The position numbers and the translations under genes were made by a program. DNA of 64,000 bases from Raillietiella orientalis. Lineage: Eukaryota. Below are positions 13,036 to 25,214 of this stretch, piece by piece (the stretch's first letter is position 1; the number at the start of each line of letters is the position of its first letter). The DNA lies in the NCBI GenBank assembly GCA_036172245.1, contig JAYWIR010000068.1, forward strand, positions 186,001-250,000. The letters are read 5' to 3'. The notes under the pieces are model-generated. The model was not told where the DNA came from and ran no database searches. It saw only the letters and a list, made by a program, of their open reading frames with translations.

Positions 13036-13949
13036 TGCTTATGGCTTGTACTATTGTCATGTGCTTGGAAAAAGTGCTAAAAACACAATACAGATGCAGT
13101 ACACTTACAATACAGAATGAAAAAACAGAAAACTGGTGGGAAATACCGTTCCTTTAAGATTATACTAAACATATCTTGAAAATTCACATTTTAACTTGTA
13201 GGGGCGAAGAAAAAAAGGACGACTCGAAAGCTCAATAATTTTGCGTGATAAGAAACCAACATTTCCATTGCAACCTTCTAAATTACAAAAGTATAAAAGT
13301 CCAAACTCGCGCTACACTTAATGGCTAAAAGCTTTCTCGAAGGAAGCTTTAATCTTAACTGGGAAAAACCGAGGGCATCCCACAGAAAAAACGGTCAATT
13401 ATATCCAAGTTCCGAGATCATTATAACGTTGCCATTCAATTAGTGTAATGAGCTTACAAAAAACAAAAACACTACTTCCCAGGGCCTTCGACCTCGAGCA
13501 ACTAGGAAAAATTTTTGCAAGCAGGATTGCCGTTCGAAGTAGGATGACCAAAACCCAGCTGAGTTTTAGTAAAAATCAAAAAGACCAAGAGTTTGCTTGC
13601 AACTAAATCGTCAAACAAACATTTATTATAATTGGAAAACTCATTACAAATTCATTTCATAACAAGAGATTCCCAACTTATAATTTTTTTCCTTGGATAT
13701 GCCTTGAGTTTTTTTTTTTTTTTTTTTCGAGATCCTAACTCTTCTCAATAGTGCAAATGTTGCTTTCCATCTTATGAACTTAATTACTAAACAAAGAGAA
13801 GTAATTTTGAATTCTCTAAAACACTACAAAATATTATTTACAACAGAATCAGGAACTGATTTTCTTTTTATACATGCCCCATATATGATGAGGGTGGAAG
13901 GTTAGAGGTACAGTCACCGGGTTTCCGTCCTGCGCCTCTCTTGCGCAGG

Positions 13950-14330
13950 TTTCCCGCAATCTGGAAGCCATCTTCCTTCATTTCAAGGCTGAAGTTAGGT
14001 CACCCCGCCATCCTCCTCGTCATGGACGGGATGAAGCGAATGAAAGTCCGCTGTTCCATTCCTGGCGGAGATTCCCACCTGCTGCACGGACGCTGTCTTC
14101 CTGCACACAGTCGGCAGCAATGGAATAGATTCAAAGCTCTGAGGACTAGGGGTTCCAGGACTAGGACTGCTGAGGAAGTGCACGTGGATTCCCTGCCTGC
14201 CGCGGAATTCATACGTGGCGGGAGGTTGTGGGTTCACTCGAACCAGTCCAGAAACCCTCACTCCTATCCAACTCCTTGGAACGGTGCCTTCGCAAGAGGA
14301 GGAGTCCTGGATCTCAGGAATTGGACGCAC
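13950..14330 (-). mobile_element. L1/Tx1-like RT fragment, minus orientation
   Basis: SWIG..LVRVNPQPPATYEFRGRQG, then (frameshift) AVLVLEPLVLRAL, resembles WI..VxVNG..F..RGVRQG..LF.L..EPL of L1-group RTs. Confidence 0.45.
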
Positions 14331-14349
14331 CACTAGCCGCAGCGCTTCC

Positions 14350-15330
14350 CTCCTTATGAGAGCATGATAGCCGGCAATCTGTCAAGTGTGAGCAAACCAA
14401 TAAGCAACTGGTGGGTCGGATCGGACGCCGGGGTACCAAGCCTCCGTGCCCCAAGACTGCACTGGAGGAAGGAAATCTCAGACATATCCATGGATGAACG
14501 GGAGGTCCACGCCATCCTGGACAGTTCAATACAAACACTCCGGAGGACATCTCAAAGTGCTGAGTGCGCCCGTGCAACCAGTACCGGCAGCGCTGGGACG
14601 AGGAGAAACGCGTTCTCCGACTGTGCCAGGAGAGAACGGGACGATCGAATCGCCCATGCAGCTGCTCCCGAACGCGAGTCCCTCTGCAGTGGATGGCACC
14701 GTACTGGATACAGCCCTCCCGCAAATGGAGGAATCTCCTCGTCAGTTTCCGAGTCAGCTGCTCTTCTCCTCGAGGATTCTCCACCGCTCGGGGAGCTCGA
14801 GAAGGTGTTCCGCGAATTCTGCGGATTCAGATTCCGCATTCAGGGAGGAGCAGCACTGCTGGCTGCACCGACGAGCCTTCAGCAGCACTTGCGAGAGCGA
14901 ACCTGCGCTTCCGGCATCCTCAGCACCGACAAGTACTGAGGATCCTCAGCACCGAGTACGCCTCAGCGATAAGTGGCTGATAGGTTCTATAGACGCATCC
15001 AGAACCTTCCTCTCTTACCTGGAGACTCAAGGGCGCCTTTTCTATGGAAAAGAAACGTGAGGAGACATCAGAGGCGAACTGTAAAGGGAACCGAACGAAA
15101 GTCCAGCGGTGGCGGCGCGTGTTGCACCAGCGCAGCATCTGCAGAGTCGAGTCTTCTGGTCTCTTTGGGGGGAGGGAAGGAGGGAGCTGACCAAAAACAC
15201 CTCGGGGATCCTCCACGTACTCCAGGAAGATTCCGAAAGGACCCGCCCGGGAAAGAGAGTCCTGTGAGACTCGCGGAAGAGGTGGAGGGCGCCAGCCACC
15301 ATCCTGACTCGACCCTGCGATCTAGCAGTT
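14350..15330 (+). mobile_element. Degenerate L1/Tx1-like ORF2 (RT and post-RT) fragment
   Basis: Fragments ISMDEREVHAIL, LEKVFREFCGFRFRI (F..FSGLxIN-like), KY.., FLSYLETQGRLFYGK (LSxxGK-like) and RLAEEVEGASHHPD (PxxEGGLGxPD-like) occur in the expected order, with stops and frameshifts. Confidence 0.52.
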
Positions 15331-15702
15331 CCTTTCACGTCTTTCAGCGGTCTGGGAGCCTCCGGGATCCTCTCTTTGGGATGCCGGCGCCACGGCCAGA
15401 GCGGTTCCTCCGGGACGTGAGGTCTTCCGGGGCACTCCGAGATCTCCAGCAGGCACCGCGTTCTACCCGCGGCTCCCACCGCCTCGATACCCTAAAGGGT
15501 AGGATCCCTCCATGGTTAGCCCCTCGAGCATCGACCTGGTGGGTCGGATTCCATTCCCGGCCCGTTAGAGGTTCGGATTTCTCCAGCGCCTCCCCACCCG
15601 AACAGGTCTATCAGCGTCATCTTGCGGGGAAAACTCGAACCTGTGACTCTCGGTGGCGCTAAGCCGAGCTGGGCCGCAGCCACGCTACCATCAATGCGAG
15701 CC
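15330..15702 (-). mobile_element. 5' fragment of tRNA-headed retroelement (copy A)
   Basis: Minus strand reads T-run/A8 then GGCTCGCATTGATGGTAGCGTGG (A-box-like)...CTCGG..CCGAG stem...GGTTCGAGTTTTCCCCGCAAGATGACGCTG. The same motif occurs at 16377 and 29430. The downstream boundary is approximate. Confidence 0.62.
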
Positions 15703-16278
15703 TTTTTTTTAAAAAAAAATTCTTAGTGCTTTTATGACTGTCCTCGATTGTCCTTTGAGGGATGTGAGCTATCCAGAAAACCTGGCATCATGCAACGTGG
15801 AAGTGGAAGGAGTCGGTCTGGTTCAGAGCAACCGAACGGTGGCGCTGGGCGTTTGCTGCCTGCCCGTTCGAGGATGGAGAGGAGGAGATCAGGAAGGGAC
15901 AGGATCGGAAAGTACCCGGAAGTGACGCTCCGGTTGACCGAGGGCGAGAAGCGCCACAGCCTCCTCGTCAGTCCACTTTGAAGCTAGGATCCATGAAACG
16001 GCGCTGTGCTTCACGATCTCGGCAGTCCCTAGCAAGTGCTCGGAGAAGAAGAGGCGCCCTACGGCGGCCCCACATGGGAACATCCACTCAGTCCAGTTAC
16101 TCGGAAAGACTTTCGGAAGGTGCGGAAGCCATTGCTCCGCTCCCAGGGAGAGGACGAGAGCTGCCCTCTGGAGGAGCAGCCGGAAAGCGGGTGGCATGCT
16201 GGGATGAAAACACCAGATGGACGGAGGAGAAGATGCTGGGGATCAAGGAGATCCCCACACGTGGCCCTACCTAAATCT

Positions 16279-18309
16279 GCTCTCGCATCGGAGGCCATGT
16301 GGTTAAGGTCTCCGCGAGTGGCACGACCAGGAGTCTCGGGTTTGAATACTCAGAATGAATCGAAGCAATAAGTCATGGGTTCGAGTTTCCCCCGCAAGAT
16401 GACGCTGGTTGGCCTCCATTCGGGTGCGGCACTGGTAGCGGTTGAGGCTCGATGCCCTCGATGAGTGGCTATGATTGGGAGTTGACCTTCCAGGGTCCTT
16501 CCAAGAAACAGGAATCAAGGAGTCCCTTCGAAGATCCCCCCTCCGGTTGTGCCGAGGAGCGGATCCCTTCTTCGGTGGAGGACCCTCCATCTCGTTCCAA
16601 GCATGTGGCGGATTGGTGATGCCCCTCCAGGCTGCAAAGAGCGCGCCTTCAGGGAGAGCCCTTCTGAGAAAATTCGGAATTTCCCTTGGGAGTTCTCTCT
16701 AGAGGAGCAGGAAACAGGAGCGGTTCCCTGTCGGCGGCCGAGCTGCCGACTCCCGCTTGCGGTCCAGGGCGTGCGCGGAGGCCTCGTTGGACGCTCTTCC
16801 GTATACGCTCGGATGGACGGAGTCCCCCTCGGGTTTCCCCACTCGCCGAAAAGAGGAAAACCTCCTGTTGAGGAAACAGGGGTTCGCAGGCAGTCGGAAC
16901 ACCTACGAGAGATGCACCTGGCATCCGACATGCGCGCGCTCCCGCCGACTAGGGTCCACGCAAGTCAGGAACCCCCTTCCTCCGCTATGCGCTGGAGCGA
17001 CCTCTGCCTCTGCCGCTGAAGCGGTTGGAAGTCTGCAAAGGGTCACCGCAGCGAACAACCGGAGCGTCCCTTAGCGCGTTTCCGCACGCCTACCCGCCGG
17101 TCGTGCCACCGGAGGGTTCGCGTCTCGCCTTTTGTTCTGGTCAGCCGGAAGGTGCGGTCCCTTCCTCGGACGCTGGTCACCACAGCGCAGGAGGACGCCT
17201 GGATGACCCGCTACCGCCACCAACACTAGCTCCTGGCTATAAGGAGCCGTTGGTGATTGGGAGAGGGGCAGGAGCACCTCTCGGAGAGGCAGAACTGCCT
17301 GCGTCTCGGAATCTGCACCCGCTGCCCGCTGCGGAGGATCCTGGAGAGTTCCAGCATGAAAGAGCGGGCGAATGCTTACCCCCCCCTATCCCCTTCCCCC
17401 TTCTTACCGCAGCGCCGCCCTCCATGAGGATGGCAATCGGAAGCAGCCAACCGCCGAGGTGGAGAGTCTCCTGCGAGATCGCAGGTAGGGGATGACAATG
17501 AGGGGTTGGACTTGAGGCAGCTGACCGAGGTTGCGACTTTCCCGAGTGCCATTCTACGAGGACTTCAACTCAGGGGCGGACTGGAAATTCTTTGTGGGGA
17601 TTTGAAGTGGTCCTCAGAGTTCGCGGATAGCAGCGCTCTACTCCTGAAGTGACAGGGTTCGGCACTCCTGCTGTTGCACTGGGGTCTTCCCTGCAAGCCC
17701 GCCGACACCACTGGATGCTGGTGAGTGCGAGTCCGGACCGCCGTAGCTGAGGCCTACGAGTGTCCCTCCCACACCTGCGTCTTGGCTATCTCGCTCTTCG
17801 ACCCATGTCTTGACGTCTTGGGACGACCCTGAGGATCTCAGCTGGCAGCCCCAGGGACGTTTCCAAGCTCCTCTTCGTGCGGGATGTCTTCCACCAGCCC
17901 GCAGCCCCAGCAGCGCTTTGGTGCTTCTGCGGGATTGCGGCGGCATAGAACGAAGCCGACAGAGGGAGGGACGGGAGGGACACCGTCCAGCTCGCAGTTC
18001 GCTTTCTGCGGATTGCTGGTGTCAGATGGCCCGCCTGGGAGAGTATATGGAACGACATAGCCGGCATCCTGGAAGGATTCACAGGACTCCCTCCAGCGGA
18101 ATGTGATCCCTTCTCGGCTCCCCAGAGCGTTTTATCTATTTATTCTTTTCTTTTCTTTTCTTTTTTGCTTCCCCTCCCTCTTCCCCTCCATTGCCGAGAT
18201 GTGCCCAGCCGGTCTGCGAACCGGCGACCCGGCAGGTCCATAGAGAAATCGAGCGTGGTAGGACCACGTGTCCTACCACAAATTGAGATTTTGTTTCAAT
18301 TTTAATAGA
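16279..18309 (+). mobile_element. Internally deleted tRNA-headed L1/Tx1-like element (copy B)
   Basis: The head has an A-box-like GGCCATGTGGTTAAGG and two B-box-like motifs, followed by CCCCGCAAGATGACGCTGG. About 450 bp are shared with copy C. An APE-like ILCGDLK lies at ~17590, a decayed zinc-finger SLPHLRLGYLALRP at ~17765, and the family 3' UTR stem-loops at 18193-18280. Confidence 0.68.
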
Positions 18310-18760
18310 CGCCCCAGTGTGTACCGGTGGTAACCTATCGATTCCCTTCCCGATCCGGTTCGGTGGCTACAGGGGAGGAGTTCGGATTGATGTGGCTGGA
18401 GAGTTAGGGTGACCCCTGAAGATGTACACACTGTGCTGGCCAACCAAATGGCTTCTCAGTATTGCCCCACGAGAAGGTCGGTGGGTATCTTCCCCCTTCG
18501 CATGCAGATGTTAAGCTGCAGGGCGACCGACGACTCTGTATCTGCGCGTACGCAGTTGCCCCCCTCAAGCGTGGCGCCATCCGACGTGGGTGCGAAGGCC
18601 CTCCCTGTCTTCTTTAGGATTGCTTGTCACTTCTTAGACCTTCCGTGCCGTGAGGTCGACGGAGGAAGTGGAGGCGTTTCTGCCAACGTTCACTCTCCTG
18701 CCGGGTAGTGATTACCTGACCGGCAGGTTCCCAAGTGGACAGCGGGGACTAAAACGTCAT
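18310..18760 (+). mobile_element. Possible further 5'-truncated RT fragment abutting the tail of copy B
   Basis: VTPEDVHTVL..CP and QLPPSSVAPSDVGAKAL weakly resemble the IT.EEV...PGPDG and RPISL..D.K motifs of LINE RT N-termini. Confidence 0.28.
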
Positions 18761-21700
18761 GTGAGTATCCTTGCTTCCAGAAAAGGTCCCATTGGCCAGG
18801 ACACATCTTCCTTTTTCTTCTTGCTTTGAGAACCAGGAGGAGCCTACCCGTTTGGAGAGCCCTCTTTGGCTACCTGCCCTCGTTTTTCAAGCAAAAGTGT
18901 CCCATAGTTTCGACCGCAGGTTGCATCCTTATATCCAGAATCCCCGCTCCTTCACTCACTCTTTCTGTGAAGACACGTGGCAGAGCATCAGCTTTATTCC
19001 TCCTCCGTCCCCGCAGTCGTGATTCCTGGATCTCATGGAAAGCCTCTCTTTGCTCTGCTGTACTTTCGAGAGGTCACTGATCGAGGTGAGATCGAAAATC
19101 TCCCAGGTGTCTGAAATGGTGACACTCCACGCTCTCTTGCCATCCGGACAGAGTGGTGTCCAAGAAATCCCTCTTCCGGGCTTCTCATCTTCTCTGAGAA
19201 TATTCTCGGCTACCTGTGCTATTTGCCCTAGGCAGCTGCCTTTGGAGAATAATGCGCTTTATCCATGTATCTGCCCACTCCATTACCGTAGCGTTGCATG
19301 TGATTCACCGATACCTCCTGATCGGAAAACGCCATTACCCCATGTTCCTCTTTAGGACGTTTTTGCACCATCCTGCCCTCGCATTGGATCCAATCCCTTC
19401 GCGTATCTTCTTGGAGTTATTGTGGACCCGCGCAATCTGTGTACACGTATTATTGATGTGAGGTCCATCGTTCACGAAACTTCCGCACGCCTCGAAACAC
19501 CGGCTACTCTAATCTTTGCATCCATACATCTTGGAGCAAGGACTCGGGAGAACGGGCCACGGAAGATGACAAGGGATGTACGAGGACGTTGCCTCTGTGG
19601 TTCCGCTCTTCCAGCTTCCGTTGCAGTTGAATTCTCTTTTCCAACTTTCTTTCTCTCATTGGTGCTCTCCTCAGACAAAGGTCACGGGCAAACTTACTGC
19701 CGGGAATCGACGTCGCAGCAAAATTGTTCGGATTGCAGAGGCAGAGTCTAATACTCTAACGGGAACCTGGCAATCCTGGCTGTTTGTGCACCACCAGCTC
19801 TCGTTGAATGCTTTTCCGTGTGTTTTTGTAAAAATTCGTGGCAAATAGAATTCTCACTGCATTCGGAATTGTTCTAGGTGTGTAGAGGACGGCACAATCA
19901 TCGGAAGATTGCAGGATTCGGCGTGACGGCCTGGGAATTTCTGCGGATTCACTCAGCCAAACCAGGCTGATGGGGGTTGATGATGGTAGCCACGTTGATT
20001 CGACCGTGTGATGGGGTGCTTGCGTTTACCGTTGGATTGGTGGACATTGTGGCAAATTAATTAAGTGATGCTTAAATTGTTTCCTTTAGTATGAAAGAAA
20101 AGGAAAACAGTTATTAGAAATTGAAGGAACCGCTTACGAGTCTTTTCTGAAAAACATGGAAGTAATTGTGTTGCCGAGGTCAGTCCGGCCATCCTTCAAC
20201 GTGGGTTCCCATGACCCTCTGTTGCTGAGAGCTGCTTGTTTCCAAGTCTGTTTCCAAGTTACTAACAGTAGGTGTCCGAGACGGAACTCACTCGGTGAAT
20301 GCGTGGACTTTGTGCTTCGACTCGATCTCCACCTATCGTGCATCATGGAGACGAGGATGATGGTCACGGTAGCGACCAATGAAGACATCCAGGGAACTGG
20401 TCAAAGGTTTTCTAGGGAGGTTTTCTAGGGGATAAGAGAATGCGCGACTTTCTTGAGAAAATACTGTGCACCCCCTCAGCGATCGGTTCTTCGAGAATTT
20501 GAGAAAGAGTTTGACCGGTCGATGTGTGCGCTTGCAGCAAATGCCCGCGCTGGAGTTGTGCACCTTTGTGTCTTCAGGTTCCATGTTTTAGTTTCCAGTT
20601 GAGAAAAGAAACACAGCTGGTCTTCTTCTTGCAGTTGTAAGGAGTATGGCAAAAAGATGCTATGGTCTCAATCAGATACTCTAGCGGCAAAAGAAATGAT
20701 AACCACAACCACATGGAGGTTTGGAAATTCCAAAAAATAGAAGAGAGGAACAAAGGAACACAAGAATGCGACGATTGGAATAGATTCACTCTGCAAACGA
20801 GTTTCAAATATTCCAAGTGGAAAAAAAAAAAAAAAACGTTGGAATCAAAACTCGAGCATTCATGCTTGCACAGACGCCGAAGTTTACGACGAAAGGGCTG
20901 AGTTTCGGAATATCATCGTTCGGACATCCAAAGGACCCGAAATTTCTACCGGGACGGAAAGCCCTGATTCGAAAATACGACGAAATGTCAGCTCTTGCGT
21001 GCGACGTCAGCGTCACCACGGGGGACAGACTACACGACGAGGCACCCGCCAGCTGCTAAGAGAAAGGATACATTTCGGCACGTCCGCCCTACCAAGTCAC
21101 CGGTGCAGCTGACCTGGAAAGCTGGAAGCTGAGCGCCCGAGACGCGCGCGCATCCGTCGTGGGTCCAAGTGAGCTCCAAGTTCGTCATCGCAGACATCGT
21201 CTCAGTACCCTGGGAGACTGGGCTTGGCCCCGCTTGACCGCGTTCGGAGACCTTGCATGGTCCTTGTCGCTCCCAGGCATTCCCGGGAGTTCTTATTCAG
21301 CCGGGATTTTACTTTTACTTTCGGGGCGACTCCTGCGTGCGGGCCGAAATTCGTGCGCTTGCATGAATCCCCGTTGCCAGGAACGTGGCCGCCGCCTTTC
21401 CCTAATGGTACACACAGCATCTGCTGGAGGAAATCCGAATCTCATTTACATGCCGACCGCAAGCGTTCCCACTTCTTCATCAAGGCGTGCACTCCAGACG
21501 CGAGTGATGTTTCTCGGTGTGCACGCACACACACCATCCCCTGGCGGATTAAAATAACCGGAAATTCGATCACTTTACGAGCACCCACCCATTCGTATAA
21601 GGCGACAGTTGGACTGTCCACCTTTTGCTCCCTGGAGTAGATCGCCTCTGGTGGAAGGTAAGGATGTTTCAAATGAAAACATCACATCATAAAACGGTAA

Positions 21701-22516
21701 TGCATAATCCTTGTATTTAGCATGCTTAAACATGAATACAATCCTTCTGAAAAGATCAGCAGAACTTTTCTGACACGCTTTCTAGTCAAGAATATGGGGA
21801 ACTTTGTTTTTCGAACATGCCGTCTCTTGAAAAATAATAGGACTTTTTTTTTTTAATTACATATTTAACACAACATTCACCTGTAATCAAAAAACACTCC
21901 TAAAAATCTGGTTGTCCGTAAGACATCCTTGGGTTTCCTTACATGCTACATTACATACTTCCAAACAAAGAATCTATAAAAATTAAGCACTCCATCTAAT
22001 TTACAAAACAGGCAGTAGCATTCTGAGTAACAAAGACGTTCATCAGCAGTCCGACGTACAAACATGTATACTTTGGGGGGTCTTTCACCATGAAGTCATA
22101 CATTTATTACTAGACTGTTGAGAATTGGATTCAATGGACTTCAGAATTTTGAATACTCAGAAAGAAGGTTGATTAATGGCACATTCCGCAGTTACGTTTC
22201 GAAAAGCCTCGGAAAAGTTTGCTTGAGCAAACCCAAACAAACGTGTCTTTCACATTGATACATCTCTTGAAAAGAGGAATTGTGGGCTGTTTTCCCTTAA
22301 TGTTCCAAGATATGCTCACACCTGCATGCATTACAAGTCCTCATGCGAGCAGAAGGTACATTAAGATTAGATGAGCAACCATTCAGATAACTGTGCTTCT
22401 GATGAGATGTCTAATATCTCCAAAACAATATGCTCGCCTACTTATTACTGAAGAGTTGGAATGCATGCTCTGAATATTTAGATTCTTTGAGCAACAAACA
22501 CCACTCTGAATTCATA

Positions 22517-25214
22517 TCAGTTCTCATTGCTGTCCTCACACATATTCTTTTCATGTATCCAGCGTGTAGTCAATTCTGCTCCAGGGAAAATGTACTTATT
22601 TTTATGGCGATAAAAAGCAGAATCTAAACAAGCTTTATAGTTGAAAATAAAACAAAACCCAAGAGGCCAACTTACCAGCAGGAAGTAAATTTACATCTGA
22701 TGTCTGACTGTCACTGCTGTTATCTGGGGTATCCTGCACATATTCTTTTGTTTCCTGCCACAATTCTGAACTTGCTAGCTCTTCCCAACCAGAGCCTAGC
22801 CTGATCAGAAATTCAACCATGTACAAGAGTTTCAGTTTATTTCTTTCACCTGTGGGCCAGCTGCCGTACGACTCCATTACAATCACCCAAAAGTTCAACA
22901 TCGAATGTCAAATGTGGCAGGCTCTCTTTATTAATGAGTACTTGAGGAACCGAAGCTGGTATAGCATCTAAATCCGCATTGATATGCCCATCAAATTTAT
23001 TAAAACTTACTTGGAATGAGAGCTACTGGTCGTACTTTAAGTGATGAGCCAATAACAATCAGCAAATCACACTTATCTTTATCTTCTGCCATAGCACAAT
23101 GAAATTCCTCAGGCAATCCTTCCCCAAAAAATACGATATCAGGTTTCAGTAAAGGCAAGAGTTGTCCTAGTGCAGTCAATAGAAATACACAGTGCCAGCA
23201 AGTAATCATACCCTCTCTGCTGATTAACTTTTGCTCCTCATCTGAAACATTACAGTGTGGACAGAATGGAATCTGCTGCTGGAGAATACTCTTTTCAATT
23301 GCTTCAGCTGCCACATGATAACCACATTTCATGCAAGTTGCTGTGGCAAAAGATCCTGCAATGCAATTAAGTGCAAACTTAACTTCAATACTGAGCTACA
23401 GAAGTTGCACTTACCATGACAATGAATCACTCTCTGTATACCAGCTTGTCTTTCCAGAGTATCAATATTTTGAGTATAATTGCGCAGAAGCTTCCCATGC
23501 TGCTCCAGAAGGCTGATAAATCTAAAACCTTGAACTTTAGCAATCTCGCGATTTACAGCGATGCAGCACCTGTGCACAGGAGATGGCTGGAACTGTCCAG
23601 GAAATATATCTCGAGCAAACGTAAAAAAAGGTCGTGGATCTTTGAGAAAATATCCAATATCAAACATGGCCTGAGGATTTGGTAAGTTGGGAAAGTTTAC
23701 AAGCAATTTAGCATAAATTCCATTTTTGCTTCGGAAATCAGGGATGCCACAGGATACAGACACCTATCCTGAACATTATATTACAACATACTATAAGATC
23801 AGCATACCCCTGCTCCTGTGAGAACTATTATGTTGGAACATGACTGGATGAGATTAACAACATCTTCTAAAGTGTTGACATGGGTCAATTTTGGTCGTAA
23901 AGGCATCTCACATACTAAGCTTACAATCAACTAATAGCATGGCAATTGATGTTTATGAATCACCCGTGGAATAAATACCTTCCACAGAGTCACATCACTA
24001 AGATCAGGTATTTCTGTCCCCTCCGGAACAAGTTCCATCAGTAAGTGTCTTGGATTTGTTTTCCTTCTAATGTGCTCTTGCACCCAAAGCAAGGGACCTA
24101 GTCACAAATTACACCATTAACTCCTTGAAAACCTTTTAAGGCTTGTTTCATACCTGCCGTTGGCTTCCATTCTTGCCCACTCATATCAGAAGCTCCACTG
24201 AAATCTGATTCTGTAGAATCTGAATCCCACTCAGCAGAGGTAACAGTTTCCTGACAGGAAGCAGGTTCTGGATAACAGCCACTGGATACGAGAGAATGAT
24301 TTGTAAAACCATTTCTTTCAACTGGGTACAAATTCTTAATAATGGTTCTTTCTACAACCAAAACAGAAATCAGAAAACGAAAAAAACTCATTTCATTCTT
24401 TTAGCATCTGAAAGCACATTTTTATAAACATTCCCGCATGTAACGTAGACACAAGTCTCGATGAAACCAAAATATTTCGTTACAATATGATATTCAAGAT
24501 TTTGAAAGTTGTTATAACTTTGGGTTTAACTTCATTTTGGTGCAGAGCATAATAAGGTTGCTAATATTTCACCTTGCGAAATGTTACAGCTTGTCGAGGC
24601 ATTCAAGAAGCATATAGAATTATCAGTTAGCAGACACAACATGGATGGATGGATGCAGTGTAGAAAATAATCTTGGGTGCACTACTTAATTTTAGGGGGA
24701 TTAGGGGATTTATCTTATGCCTCATGCATTTTGGCAGTGCTTTGATACAACTGCCGCTGATTCTGTAGAAACAAATATTTTAATAACATATACATTCACT
24801 ACCTTTTGTACTCTGTTGGTACACAATAAAAACGGACTATTACAAGGTTTCTTAACAACAGGGTTCTTAATGAAGCCAATTAGGTCCAATCTCATGATAA
24901 ACATCCCAGTACTCCGTAAAAACTAACGACGTCACAACAAAAGGAACAAGACAGTATACTTACAAAGTCTTTGACGCATCTGCATCACAACTCATTTCAT
25001 CAAGCTCCACATTTTGAGGGGATACAGAATGGCGTTTTCCAACTGAAATGGAAATACATTTGTACAAAACTCCACAAACGAGTTCAATTCAGTCGAAAAT
25101 ACATTTCAAGGTAACAACAAAACTATATTTCCAAAGAGGAAAGAATTTTTCAAAATCTACAAGTGAATTACCCTTTTTGCATACATCTTCATTTTTCTCA
25201 ATAGCATCTTCCAT
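22517..25214 (-). CDS. SIRT1: NAD-dependent deacetylase, SIRT1/sir-2.1 orthologue
   Basis: Exons 25214-25172 and 25042-24964 (both tentative), 24281-24154, 24097-23979, 23930-23808, 23763-23570, 23521-23415, 23355-23212, 23166-23011, 22967-22850, 22800-22676 and 22623-22517 are in phase. Motifs: GAGVSVSCGIPDFRS, YTQNIDTLE, CHGSF, CMKC/CPHC zinc, KPDIVFFGE, GSSLKVRPVA, LINKE, N-terminal GPLLWVQEH..TLWK and C-terminal KYIFPGAE. Confidence 0.95.

Noticed and set aside
16388..16408. U6 snRNA-like CCCC..GCAAG.ATGAC motif in the element head
   Set aside because: Short gapped match lacking the ACAGAGA box; better explained as start-codon context.
20880..21560. THAP-like (GLSF..HPKDP) and mariner-like (RVMFLGV) peptides
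   Set aside because: Isolated few-residue matches with no supporting cysteines or catalytic residues.
22398..22425. Hammerhead-like CTGATGA-stem motif (other CTGATGA sites also checked)
   Set aside because: No correctly placed GAAA or closing stems.
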